Shown here: in pieces, positions 34,448 through 44,363 of the stretch
How the letters are laid out: every line of letters begins with the position of its first letter
How positions within the stretch are numbered: the first letter of the stretch is position 1
Assembly (NCBI GenBank): GCA_963422735.1
Contig: OY730476.1
Coordinates: forward strand, 4,224,001-4,288,000
DNA: 64,000 nucleotides
Direction of reading: 5' to 3'
DNA from: Candidatus Latescibacterota bacterium
Lineage (GTDB): Bacteria; Latescibacterota; UBA2968; UBA8231
Notes under the pieces: generated by a model
Told to the model about the DNA's origin: nothing
Seen by the model: the letters and a program-made list of their open reading frames with translations, nothing else
The model's database searches: none
Position numbers and translations under genes: made by a program

Positions 34448-35785
34448 ATGTCACTGCATTCGCCAAATCGCCTATTGTTAGCTCTCTGCCTCGCGCTGTG
34501 TATCGCGCCGCGCGCAAGGGCCTTGCCCGAACTCCTCGACCGCATCGTCGCCATCGTTGACAACCACTCGATCCTCTGGTCCGAGCTCAATTACCGACTG
34601 CGCTTTGAGGCCGAGCAGCGCGGGCTGTCGGTCTTCGTCGAATCCGAGCAAATCAAGACACTCCGCCGCGAAATCCTCGAGGCCATGATCGACGAGCAAG
34701 TACTAGTTCTCAAGGCCAAGCAGGACAGCATTCAGATCGATCCATCCGAAGTCGAGGAAATGCTCGGCCAGCAGTTCCATAAGGCCAAGAGCAGCATGGA
34801 CGACGGGGAATTCGAGCAGATGCTAGAGCGCGTGGGCTTGAGCGAGCGCCAGCTCAAGGCTCGCTACCGCAAGGAAATCCGCCACCGCCTGCTCTCGCGC
34901 CAGATGCGCGCCTTTGTCTCGTACCGGGTACACGTCAGCCACCGCGACGTGGAGGAGTTCCGCGTCGTGCACCAAGACACCTTGCCTTCCCAAATCTCGC
35001 TCAGCCACATTCTGATCGAGGTCCAGCCCAGCGATGAAGTGCTAAAAGAGAAACGGGCGCGAATCGAAGAGATACAAGCCCTGCTGGCGGCTGGCGGCGA
35101 TTTCGCTACAATAGCCCGCGCTCACTCTGAAGATCCCGGCAGTGCTTCTCTCGGCGGCGACTTGGGCTGTTTCTCGCCTAGTACCTTGGTCCCCGAGTTC
35201 GAGGAAGCGGCCTTCACCCTCAAACCAGGCCAGACTAGCGAGCCAGTTTTGAGCCCTTATGGCTACCACCTGATACAGGTGCGCGAAAAGCGCGAAGCCT
35301 CCATCTGCGCCAGCCACATCCTCGTCTTGGCCAAAACCTCGGAAAGCGACGAGGCCCGTACGCGGGAAACGCTAGAGGATTTGCGCCGCCGCGCCCTGAA
35401 CGGCGAGGAGTTTTCCCAGCTCGCCCGCCAGTATTCGGCCAACCCGCAGACGGCTATGCAGGGCGGCCTCTGGGGCGCTTTCCTTAGGGACGAGCTCCCC
35501 GGATTCCTTCAGCCCTACCTCCGCAACCTCAAGCTGGGCGACATCAGCGAACCCTTCTTTTTTGACGATGGTGGCCACATTATCAAAATTGACGACGATC
35601 AAGCCGTGATCGAGGGCCTGATCCGCGAAAGCCGCACCGAAGAAACCATGCGCCAACTAATCGACGAATACCGGCAGCAAATCCACATCGAGGTTCGGCT
35701 CGACGAGGAAAACTTGCGCCGACCGGCACGGGATGCGACTGGATATCTTTCTGAAGAACACGGGGCTGATCAAGCAGCGCAGTGA
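34448..35785 (+). CDS. surA: SurA-like periplasmic chaperone/PPIase
   Basis: Signal peptide; LDRIVAIVD N-domain; two PpiC domains (SHIL, GGDLG, YGYHLI). Confidence 0.85.
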   Translation: MSLHSPNRLLLALCLALCIAPRARALPELLDRIVAIVDNHSILWSELNYRLRFEAEQRGLSVFVESEQIKTLRREILEAMIDEQVLVLKAKQDSIQIDPSEVEEMLGQQFHKAKSSMDDGEFEQMLERVGLSERQLKARYRKEIRHRLLSRQMRAFVSYRVHVSHRDVEEFRVVHQDTLPSQISLSHILIEVQPSDEVLKEKRARIEEIQALLAAGGDFATIARAHSEDPGSASLGGDLGCFSPSTLVPEFEEAAFTLKPGQTSEPVLSPYGYHLIQVREKREASICASHILVLAKTSESDEARTRETLEDLRRRALNGEEFSQLARQYSANPQTAMQGGLWGAFLRDELPGFLQPYLRNLKLGDISEPFFFDDGGHIIKIDDDQAVIEGLIRESRTEETMRQLIDEYRQQIHIEVRLDEENLRRPARDATGYLSEEHGADQAAQ

Positions 35786-36014
35786 AGCCAAGCGGGCCTG
35801 CGACACCGGGCGAGTCCAGATCGACGGACGGCAGGCCAAGGCTTCGCACTCCGTGACCGTGGGCGAGCAGATACACATTGCGACCCCCACCCGCCTGCTC
35901 GACATCGAGGTGCTCAGCATCCCGGAGCGCCAGCCCGCACGGCGAAACCGCCGCCGCTTTTATCGGATCCTCCGCGAAGAGTACCGCGACCCGTACGAGG
36001 ACCTAAGCTTTTAG
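35733..36014 (+). CDS. S4-domain RNA-binding protein (Hsp15/YabO-like)
   Basis: MRLDIFL...LIKQRSEAK.ACD.GRV.IDG. Confidence 0.88.
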   Translation: MRLDIFLKNTGLIKQRSEAKRACDTGRVQIDGRQAKASHSVTVGEQIHIATPTRLLDIEVLSIPERQPARRNRRRFYRILREEYRDPYEDLSF

Positions 36015-36024
36015 GACGCAAGCT

Positions 36025-36783
36025 ATGGGTAGCGCAGCGCAATCCCCCTATCAAGGACTGGCCCCCATTTACGACTATGTAATGGCTCACGTCGATTACG
36101 GCGAATGGGCTGCTTATATCCATGAGCTCTGCGCTCACTTTGCTCCCCACACCACCCGCGTCGTGGACTTGGCCTGCGGCACCGGCAATGTGTCTTTTGC
36201 GCTCCATCGCCTCGGCTATGAGGTAACGGGCGTGGATCGCTCCGAGGCCATGCTGCAGGTCGCGCGTGAGAAGGCGGCCGGCACCGACGTCGAGTTCGTC
36301 CAGCAGGACCTGCGCCAGCTAGAGGGCTTAGGGCCTTTTGACGCAGCCACTTGCCTGTACGACAGTATCAACTATCTGCTCGCACCAGCCGACATAGACG
36401 CGGCCCTGCACGGCGCACAGGCCATTGTACAGCCGGGTGGGCTTTTCGTCTTTGACATCTGTACCGAGCGCAATTCGCTGCGCTATTTCCGCAACATGCA
36501 AGACAGTGAGCGCGGGCCGGGTTTTTCCTACGAGCGGCACAGCATCTACGATCCAGACAGGCGGCTACAGAGCAATCACTTCCGCATCCGTTGCGACGGA
36601 AGCGATGTCGCGTTTGAGGAAACCCATGTCCAGCGCATCTATTCAGTCGCCGCCGTCGCTGCCCGCATCGAGGCGAGCGCTTGGGAGTTGCTCGCACACT
36701 TCGACGGTTTCACCTTTGACAAGGGGGTCGAGGAATCGGACCGCGTCCACTTCGTCCTCCGCGCTCCGCAAGCGGAGAAATAA
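36025..36783 (+). CDS. Class I SAM-dependent methyltransferase
   Basis: DLACGTG, GVD.S..ML, DSINYL, PGGLFVFD. Confidence 0.9.
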   Translation: MGSAAQSPYQGLAPIYDYVMAHVDYGEWAAYIHELCAHFAPHTTRVVDLACGTGNVSFALHRLGYEVTGVDRSEAMLQVAREKAAGTDVEFVQQDLRQLEGLGPFDAATCLYDSINYLLAPADIDAALHGAQAIVQPGGLFVFDICTERNSLRYFRNMQDSERGPGFSYERHSIYDPDRRLQSNHFRIRCDGSDVAFEETHVQRIYSVAAVAARIEASAWELLAHFDGFTFDKGVEESDRVHFVLRAPQAEK

Positions 36784-36785
36784 TT

Positions 36786-37736
36786 TTGGACCTGAAGCTA
36801 AGAGCAACGCGCACATTCATTGAGGACGACGACGACTTCCTGCTGACGACCCACGTCAACAGCGACGCCGACGGCCTAGGTGCCTGCATGGCTTGGGCCC
36901 ACCTGCTGAAGGGCCTCGGCAAGCGCGCTGACATCGGCCTGCCCGAGCCACCGGCCGGCCAATGCTCCTTTCTCGTCGGCTGGGACGACGTGCGCCACTT
37001 CGCCGACCTCGACTTGGCCCGCTATCGCTGCGCCATTGTCGCCGACTGCCCTTCTCTTGACCGCATCGGCCCGGTGCGCCCAAATCTCAGCCCTGATATC
37101 CGTCTCCTCAACATCGATCACCACCAAGGCAATGAGTGCTTCGGCGCGTTGAATATCGTGGAGGAGATCAGCTCTACCTGCGAGCTCCTCTACCATCTCG
37201 CCATCGCCCTTGGCTATGAGGTTGACGCCGTCGCGGCCGCCCAGCTCTATGCGGGGATTCTCTTCGATACCGGCGGCTTTCGCTTCTCGCCAACGACGGC
37301 AACCACCTTTGAAGTGGCGGCCGATCTAGTGCGGCGCGGTGCGCGTCTCGACGCCATTGCCGAGGGCGTCTTCGGCAACAAGAGCCTCGGCTCGGTCAAG
37401 CAGCGCGGCCAAGCGATTGAGAGCTTGGTGCTGCGCCTCGGGGGACGAGTGGCTCTGCTCCATCTCGACCGCGAAGCCATGTGCGCGGGCGAGCCTGACG
37501 AAGTCGTCAACTACGGCCTAATGATCAAGGGCGTCGAAGTGGCCGTGTTGCTCAAGGAACGCGCCCCCGGATGCTACCGCATCAGCCTGCGCTCCCGCGA
37601 CAAGGTCGACGTCAGCCAAGTCGCCGGTACCTTTGGGGGCGGCGGTCACACCCGCGCTGCCGGGTTGGAGCTAACGGGTGTGCCCCAAGATATTGTTGAG
37701 AGCATATTAGCCGAAATTGGTCGCTATTTACATTAG
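36786..37736 (+). CDS. nrnA: DHH/DHHA1 phosphoesterase (NrnA-like)
   Basis: H..SDAD, IDHH, DTGGF, SLRS and GGGGH motifs. Confidence 0.88.
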   Translation: MDLKLRATRTFIEDDDDFLLTTHVNSDADGLGACMAWAHLLKGLGKRADIGLPEPPAGQCSFLVGWDDVRHFADLDLARYRCAIVADCPSLDRIGPVRPNLSPDIRLLNIDHHQGNECFGALNIVEEISSTCELLYHLAIALGYEVDAVAAAQLYAGILFDTGGFRFSPTTATTFEVAADLVRRGARLDAIAEGVFGNKSLGSVKQRGQAIESLVLRLGGRVALLHLDREAMCAGEPDEVVNYGLMIKGVEVAVLLKERAPGCYRISLRSRDKVDVSQVAGTFGGGGHTRAAGLELTGVPQDIVESILAEIGRYLH

Positions 37737-37823
37737 TAATAATTATTCTTGATTATAAATTTTTATCTATTATTTTATTTCGTTCGCTACCATTAAAAAA
37801 AACAAGGTAAGGAAGACGTTCCA

Positions 37824-38741
37824 TTGCATTTAATTAGCTTAAAAGACTGGTCTCCAGCCGATGTGCAGCAAACCGTCGAGCTCGGCCTCGCCGTCAAGGC
37901 CGCCCCGCAGCACTACGCCGAGGCCCTCTCTGGGCGCACGGTGGTTCTGCTTTTCCAGAAGACTTCGACCCGCACCCGCTGCGCCGGCGAGATTGGCACT
38001 GCCCAGCTAGGCGGCCACGCCCTCTACTTAGACTGGCTGAACACCAACTTCGGGCTCGCCGACTTAGGCGACGAATTTCGCGTACTCTCCAGCTACTCCG
38101 ACTTCATCGTCGCCCGCCTGCTCGAACACGCTGATGTGCGCCGCGCCGCCGCCGCTTCGCAGATGCCGCTGATAAACGGCTGCTGCAACCGCTATCACCC
38201 CTTACAGGCGTTGGCCGACTTGATGACCCTACAGGAGGCTTTCGGGCGGCTCGAAGGGGTACGGCTGACGTACGTCGGGGTGCTCAACAACGTCGCCAAC
38301 TCGCTCATTGCCGCTGGCGTCAAAGTGGGCCTACACGTCACTTGCGTCTGCCCGGAAATCAACGCGGCCGCACGCGACGACGAACTCTACGCCGAAGCCA
38401 AGTGCTTGGGACTCTACGAGCACACCGAGGAATTGCACCCGGCGCTGGCAAAATCCGACGCCGTGTACACCGACACTTGGATCGACATGGAGTTTTTTAC
38501 CAATCCCCAATTCGCCGCCGAGAAAGCACGGCGGGTGCAGCTTTTCCAGCCCTATCAGCTCAACCGCGAGTTGCTCGCGGGCCTAGATCTAAAAATCCTG
38601 CACTGCCTCCCCGCTCACCACGGCTATGAGATCGAAGGCTCGCTTTTGCACGACGAGCGCTCGCTGATTTTCACCCAAGCCGAAAACCGCCTGCACAGCC
38701 AGAAGGCCGTGCTACTCAAGCTGGCGGGTGTCTTCGCCTGA
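37824..38741 (+). CDS. argF: Ornithine carbamoyltransferase family
   Basis: STRT, HPLQALAD, HCLP and QAENR motifs. Confidence 0.88.
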   Translation: MHLISLKDWSPADVQQTVELGLAVKAAPQHYAEALSGRTVVLLFQKTSTRTRCAGEIGTAQLGGHALYLDWLNTNFGLADLGDEFRVLSSYSDFIVARLLEHADVRRAAAASQMPLINGCCNRYHPLQALADLMTLQEAFGRLEGVRLTYVGVLNNVANSLIAAGVKVGLHVTCVCPEINAAARDDELYAEAKCLGLYEHTEELHPALAKSDAVYTDTWIDMEFFTNPQFAAEKARRVQLFQPYQLNRELLAGLDLKILHCLPAHHGYEIEGSLLHDERSLIFTQAENRLHSQKAVLLKLAGVFA

Positions 38742-39046
38742 GATGGGCTAGCACTCATCGTCGCTAGTTCCGCTGCAAAGGGAGCCGCAACTAGCCATCC
38801 TATTCAACGGGGAGTTCGGCGGCGCGAGACCGGACGGCAAATTGCTCAATCCCTTTCTGGAAATTCCCAGCGAATTCGGTCCACGTATCGAGCGGGCCGA
38901 TCCCATCTCGGGCGACTATTTCAAATCGGGGTCGGGTGGCGGCATCGACCGGATACTCAGTCAAGGCTGGTGTCTCCCACCAAATTAGCAAAATTTTGCC
39001 CCTTTCTTTTATTTACCTTCGTTCATCGTCTCTCAACCAACAAAAT

Positions 39047-40135
39047 ATGCCACTCTACTTCCTAGCCCTCCTCCTGTTCACCACCGCCGCCGCCGACACT
39101 TGGAACACCTTCCGCGGCAACCCCCAACTCACCGGCGTCGCCACCTCCAACCTCGCCCCACCCCTAACGCTACTTTGGGCCTACCCCACCCAAGACGCCA
39201 TTGAATCCACCGCCGCCATTCACGAGGGCACAGTGTACGTCGGCTCGCTCGACGGCCAGCTCTACGCATTCGACCTGCACACCGGCGCGCTAGCATGGCA
39301 GTACCAAGCCGATGGCGAAATCAAATCCTCTCCCACCATCGCCGACAGCACCGTTTACTTCGGCGACGAGGCCGGCACTTTCCACGCCGTCGCTACCCAG
39401 AGCGGTCAGCGCCGCTGGACTTTCGCCGCCGCCGCCGGCATCATCTCCACCGCCAACCACACCGGCGGTCGTCTCTACTTCGGCAGCTATGACCAACGCC
39501 TGTACTGCCTCGATGCAACCGCTGGAACCCTGATTTGGAAAATCGCCACAGAGGGGTATATTCACAGTACGCTGGCGCTGTACGAAAATCGCGGCGTCGT
39601 GGCCGGTTGCGACGGATACTTGCGGATCTTGGACCTCGTCGCCGGTACGCAGCACCAGCAGCTCGCGCTAGGCGGGTACGTGGCCTCCAGCGCCGCCATC
39701 CACGCGGGACGTGCGTACGTAGGCACCTTTGGCAACGAAGTACTAGGCGTCGATTTAGGCGCGGGGAAAATCCGCTGGCGCTACGCCCACGCGGTGCGGA
39801 AATTCCCGTTTTACTCGTCAGCGGCCGTCACCGACCAAGCGGTCGTCATCGGCGGCCGGGACAAGCTCGTACACGCCCTCGACCCGCAAACAGGTCAACC
39901 CTTGTGGACCTTTGCCTCAGGAGCGCGGGTGGATTCCTCGCCGGTCATCGCCGGTGAGTACATTTACGTAGGTGCCCGTGCGCTCATCGCCCTCGCGCTC
40001 GCGTCGGGCGCGGAAGTCTGGCGCTTTGAAACAGGCGCAGCCATCGCAGCTTCGCCGGCCGTCGCCGCTGACCGACTCGTCATTGGTGCCACTAATGGCG
40101 TACTATATTGTTTTGGGCGCGAGGGCAAACCATGA
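39047..40135 (+). CDS. Secreted PQQ-like/BamB-like beta-propeller protein
   Basis: Signal peptide; W..FRGN; repeated SSP...VY.G..D..LY..D..TG...W blades. Confidence 0.88.
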   Translation: MPLYFLALLLFTTAAADTWNTFRGNPQLTGVATSNLAPPLTLLWAYPTQDAIESTAAIHEGTVYVGSLDGQLYAFDLHTGALAWQYQADGEIKSSPTIADSTVYFGDEAGTFHAVATQSGQRRWTFAAAAGIISTANHTGGRLYFGSYDQRLYCLDATAGTLIWKIATEGYIHSTLALYENRGVVAGCDGYLRILDLVAGTQHQQLALGGYVASSAAIHAGRAYVGTFGNEVLGVDLGAGKIRWRYAHAVRKFPFYSSAAVTDQAVVIGGRDKLVHALDPQTGQPLWTFASGARVDSSPVIAGEYIYVGARALIALALASGAEVWRFETGAAIAASPAVAADRLVIGATNGVLYCFGREGKP

Positions 40136-41517
40136 GGGATGAAGTTGTTCCTAACATTTCGACCCAAAGGTCACAAGCCATGAGTCCACTCGGCAGAGAC
40201 CCGGCGACCACCCGCGCCGACCGCACCCAAACCGAGGTCGGCAGCGTCTTTGTCTCCAACTACCCGGCCTATTCATTCTGGAGTGAGAAGGACGTACCTC
40301 GGGCACATTGCGCACTCGCCGACCAGCCGCGACCCGACACCAAGCTCGGTCTCTACCTCCACATACCCTTCTGCCGCAAGCGCTGCAAGTTCTGTTACTT
40401 CCGCGTTTATACGGACAAAAACAGTCGGCAAATCCAGATATATCTCGACGCCCTCGCCCGCGAAGTGGAACACTACGCGCAGCAGCCGGCGGTCAAAGAC
40501 CGGCCACTGCACTTTATCTACTTTGGCGGCGGCACCCCTTCCTACATCAGTTCGCGCCACCTGCGCTCCTTAGTCGAACGCCTCAAAGACGCCATGCCTT
40601 GGGACCAAGCCGACGAAATCGCCTTTGAGTGCGAGCCCGGCACCTTGACCCAAGCCAAGTTAGAAGCCATCCGCGACATCGGCGTCACTCGCCTCAGCCT
40701 GGGGATAGAAAACCTCGACGACGAAATCCTGCGTCACAACGGCCGCGCCCACGTCAGCAAGGAAATCTACCAAGTCATGCCCTGGATCCACGCGCTCGAC
40801 TTCGATCAGGTCAACGTAGATCTGATCGCCGGCATGATCGGCGAGACTTGGCCGAGCTGGCGTCAGACCGCGCAAAGGACCATCGCGCTCGACCCAGACA
40901 GCGTTACTGTCTATCAGATGGAGTTGCCGTACAACACGCTCTACTCCAAGGACCTACTCGCTGGCGACGGCGAGCCGCTGGCCTTGGCCGATTGGAAGAC
41001 CAAGCGCGCCTGGCATGCCTATGCCTTCGAGCAATTAGCCGTCGCTGGGTACGTGCGTTCAAGTGCCTACACGATGAAGAAAACGCCCGACGCTCGCTTC
41101 GTTTACCGCGACGCCGTGTGGACCGGCCAAGACATGATCGGCACTGGTGTCGCCTCTTTTTCGCACTTAAGTGGAGTCCACTACCAAAACGCGCCGCACT
41201 GGGATGACTACCTCGCCGTCATCGACCGCGGCGGCCTTCCCATCCACCGCGCCTTCGCCACCGACCGCGAAGAGCAACTCACCCGCGAGGTGATCCTGCA
41301 GCTCAAATTAGGTGCGCTGGATACCGCGTATTTTCGCGCCAAATTCGGCGTCGATGTCGTCACCCACTTCGCCGCCGCGCTCAGCGGTCTGCGCGACGGG
41401 GGCATGCTCCATTTCGACGCCGACGCGATTGAGCTGACCGACGAGGGCCTCATGCGCGTCGATCAGCTCCTGCCCGACTTATACCAAACCCAATACCGCA
41501 ACGCACGTTATACCTAA
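40132..41517 (+). CDS. HemN-like (class C) radical SAM protein
   Basis: LYLHIPFCRKRCKFCYF (CxxxCxxC), YFGGGTPS, RLSLG, NVDLI.G. Start 40132 or 40180. Confidence 0.92.
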   Translation: MRDEVVPNISTQRSQAMSPLGRDPATTRADRTQTEVGSVFVSNYPAYSFWSEKDVPRAHCALADQPRPDTKLGLYLHIPFCRKRCKFCYFRVYTDKNSRQIQIYLDALAREVEHYAQQPAVKDRPLHFIYFGGGTPSYISSRHLRSLVERLKDAMPWDQADEIAFECEPGTLTQAKLEAIRDIGVTRLSLGIENLDDEILRHNGRAHVSKEIYQVMPWIHALDFDQVNVDLIAGMIGETWPSWRQTAQRTIALDPDSVTVYQMELPYNTLYSKDLLAGDGEPLALADWKTKRAWHAYAFEQLAVAGYVRSSAYTMKKTPDARFVYRDAVWTGQDMIGTGVASFSHLSGVHYQNAPHWDDYLAVIDRGGLPIHRAFATDREEQLTREVILQLKLGALDTAYFRAKFGVDVVTHFAAALSGLRDGGMLHFDADAIELTDEGLMRVDQLLPDLYQTQYRNARYT

Positions 41518-41530
41518 GTAGGAGGTACCA

Positions 41531-42781
41531 TTGAAAATCGCGATCGCACTTCTGCTCTTGGCCACCGCTGCACAGGCGGCTGATTGGCCCCAGTGGCGCG
41601 GCCCCCAGCGCGACGGCGTCTCCAGCGAAATGGCCTTGTTGCAAAGTTGGTCGGCCGACGGCCCTGCCGTTGAGTGGCGCACCCCCCTCGGCAAGGGCTT
41701 TTCCGGCATCTCCATAGCCAACGGCAGGGTTTATACCATGTTCGCACGCGACGCGGACGAGTTCGCAATATGCCTCGATGGCGAGACCGGAGCGGAACTC
41801 TGGCGTCATCGCACCGGTCCTTACTACAAGGAGACCCAAGGCGGCGACGGCCCGCGCTCGACGCCCACCGTCGATGGCGAGACTGTCTATGTGCTCGGTG
41901 CCACCGGCAAGCTCTTCGCGCTCTTGGCCGCGAGCGGTACGCCGATCTGGGAAAAGGACTTGGTCGCCGAATTTGGCAGCGAAGTGCCTAGGTGGGGGTT
42001 TAGCACCTCCCCGCTGGTCGAGGGCGACCTGCTCCTAATCGAAGCCGGCGGCCGCGACGGCAACTTCGTCGTCGATATGGTCATCGACCGCAAAGCCGCA
42101 GTCACCGCCGTAGCTCTCGACAAGAACACCGGCGCAACCGCTTGGACTGCCCTCGACGAAAAGATGAGCTATTCATCGCCCATCGCCTTCACTGCCGCCG
42201 GCACCCGCCAACTCGCCTATTTCACGGCTTATTCGCTTACCGGCCTAGCACCGGAAGACGGCCGCATTTATTGGCGCTACCCTTGGAAGACCCGCTACGA
42301 CGTCAGCGCGGCGACCCCAATTTTTATCGCGCCCGACCGGCTTTTTATTTCCACCGGCGACGGCAACGGCGGCGTAGTCTTGCAAATCAAAAGCGACGGC
42401 GACAGCCTCGCCGTCGAGCAGGTCTGGCAAAACAAAAAGATGAAAAACGATTTCGGCACCTCGGTCTTTTACAAGGACCATCTCTACGGCTTTGACCATG
42501 CGATCCTCAAGTGCCTCGACGCCGAGACCGGAGCGGAAAAGTGGAAGGCCCGGGGTTACGGCAAGGGTAGCTTGATCGTCGCCAACGGCCACCTCATCGT
42601 CCTCGGCGAAGAGGGTCAACTTGGCCTAGTCGAGGCCACGCCAGCAGCCTTCCGCGAAAAGAGCAAGACCCAAGTCCTCAATGGCCGCTGCTGGACGGTC
42701 CCTTCGCTCGCCGACGGCCGGCTTTATGTCCGCGACGAAAGCGAAATTGTCTGCCTCGATGTGCGGGAGTCGGTCCAATGA
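41531..42781 (+). CDS. Secreted PQQ-like beta-propeller protein (DWPQWRGP type)
   Basis: Signal peptide; DWPQWRGP.RDG, GPRSTP, YSSP, P.LADGRLYVRD. Confidence 0.9.
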   Translation: MKIAIALLLLATAAQAADWPQWRGPQRDGVSSEMALLQSWSADGPAVEWRTPLGKGFSGISIANGRVYTMFARDADEFAICLDGETGAELWRHRTGPYYKETQGGDGPRSTPTVDGETVYVLGATGKLFALLAASGTPIWEKDLVAEFGSEVPRWGFSTSPLVEGDLLLIEAGGRDGNFVVDMVIDRKAAVTAVALDKNTGATAWTALDEKMSYSSPIAFTAAGTRQLAYFTAYSLTGLAPEDGRIYWRYPWKTRYDVSAATPIFIAPDRLFISTGDGNGGVVLQIKSDGDSLAVEQVWQNKKMKNDFGTSVFYKDHLYGFDHAILKCLDAETGAEKWKARGYGKGSLIVANGHLIVLGEEGQLGLVEATPAAFREKSKTQVLNGRCWTVPSLADGRLYVRDESEIVCLDVRESVQ

Positions 42782-44019
42782 AGCGGATATTGTGTGCGTC
42801 CCTATTCCTCGTATTCTGCGCCTTTCCAGCCTTGGCCCAGGATTGGTCGAGCTGGCAATCGGCGGGCTGGCCGCAGTGGCTCGGCCCCGCCCGCAACGGC
42901 ATTTCGTCGGAGACGGGCCTGTTCGGCCACGAGCTGTCTTTTGAGGAGTCTTGGCGCGTCCCAGCCGGGAAGGGCTTTTCCGGCCTTTCCATCGTCGGCA
43001 ATCGCATCTATACGATGTACATCCACAGCGAGAAGGAATACGCAATCTGCCTCGACGCCCGCAATGGCGAAGTGCTGTGGCGCACCCGCACCGACGACAA
43101 TTTCGTCGAACGGCAAGGCGGCGACGGTCCGCGCGCCACGCCGACCGTTGACGACGGAATGGTCTATGTCTTCAGCGCCCAAGGCAAACTCCACGCGCTC
43201 GACAGCCAGACCGGCTCCCAACAATGGAGCCACGACCTAGTGAGCAAATTCGGCGGGAAGAGGCCCCGCTGGGGCTTTTGCGCGTCGCCGCTAGTCGCAG
43301 GAGACCTCGTCTTAATCGAAGCCGGCGGTACGGGCGGCCATTCGCTTATAGCCTTTGACAAAGCCAGCGGCGAGGTCGCCTGGACCACTGGCAGCGACAA
43401 GCCGGGCTACTCCTCTCCCATCACCGCCACCATCGGCCAAACGCGCCAAGCGGTGTTTTTCACCGGCTACGGGCTAATCTCGGTCGCGCCGCAACAAGGC
43501 CGAGTGCTTTGGAGACACCCCTGGCCGACTAGCCACAACGTCAACGCCGCCACCCCAATTTTCATCCCGCCCAACCGCTTCTTTATCTCCTCCGGCTACG
43601 GCACGGGCGGCACCGTGGTGGAGGTCTCCCCCACAGACGGCGGCTATGGTGTGAAGGAGATCTGGCGCAACAAGGAGATGAAAAACCACTTCGCCACCTC
43701 CATCTACTACCAAGGCCATCTCTACGGTTTCGATGGTTCGATCCTCAAATGCCTCGACGCCGCGACCGGTGCCGAGAAGTGGAAGACCCGGGGCTACGGT
43801 AAGGGCACCCTAATCGCAGCCGATGGCCACCTCGTCGTCTTGGGCGAACAGGGCAATCTCGGCGTAGCCGAAGCCACGCCCGGAGGCTTTGTCGAAAAGG
43901 CCAACGCCCAAGTCTTCCACAGCAAATGCTGGACGGCTCCCGCGCTGGCCGACGGCCGGCTCTACCTCCGCGACGAAAGCGAAATCGTCTGCATCAACTT
44001 GGCGGTAACAGCCCAATGA
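42778..44019 (+). CDS. Secreted PQQ-like beta-propeller protein, paralog of 41531-42781
   Basis: WPQWLGP.RNG, GPRATP, YSSP, P.LADGRLYLRD. Confidence 0.9.
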   Translation: MKRILCASLFLVFCAFPALAQDWSSWQSAGWPQWLGPARNGISSETGLFGHELSFEESWRVPAGKGFSGLSIVGNRIYTMYIHSEKEYAICLDARNGEVLWRTRTDDNFVERQGGDGPRATPTVDDGMVYVFSAQGKLHALDSQTGSQQWSHDLVSKFGGKRPRWGFCASPLVAGDLVLIEAGGTGGHSLIAFDKASGEVAWTTGSDKPGYSSPITATIGQTRQAVFFTGYGLISVAPQQGRVLWRHPWPTSHNVNAATPIFIPPNRFFISSGYGTGGTVVEVSPTDGGYGVKEIWRNKEMKNHFATSIYYQGHLYGFDGSILKCLDAATGAEKWKTRGYGKGTLIAADGHLVVLGEQGNLGVAEATPGGFVEKANAQVFHSKCWTAPALADGRLYLRDESEIVCINLAVTAQ

Positions 44020-44042
44020 GGAATTGATGCTACGCAGCTTTT

Positions 44043-44329
44043 GTCATACCTGCGCTCCACCGTGCCACAAGGCGTGACAAGCAGGCATCCAGAGTACCTC
44101 TCGGCGGTTCGGGCTTGGGTGAGTTCAGTCGAACCGCTGAGCGATGCGACGACTCGACTGAGTGCGCCGACGGGGCTGGATGTCGCGCCTAAAAGCCTGC
44201 GCCCGTGAAAGCGGGTGGCGCGGTGAAGCCCATGTGCGCGGGAGTGACGGGATTGTATCATGATACCTCGCTGGATTCCCGCGTGCGCGGGAATGACAAG
44301 GGAGGGCGGCAGGAAGCCGCAGACGATAA
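44043..44329. repeat. REP-like palindromic element cluster
   Basis: CTGGATTCCCGCGTGCGCGGGAATGAC palindrome; blocks recur in inverted orientation at 49025-49130. Confidence 0.7.
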
Positions 44330-44363
44330 CGACTGTGCAACATCAGTGAGGAATATCCGTGAC

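Noticed and set aside
37734-37780. Tandem ARG boxes upstream of argF
   Set aside because: Only one partial palindrome (AATAATTATT) in AT-rich promoter DNA; the second box is unconvincing.
38800-38991. 63-aa minus-strand ORF, possible gene remnant
   Set aside because: No RBS or recognisable motif; cannot be supported without a search.
44020-44363. Cobalamin or TPP riboswitch ahead of the TonB receptor
   Set aside because: Signature motifs were not found by eye; the hairpins are explained by REP-like repeats shared with 49025-49130.
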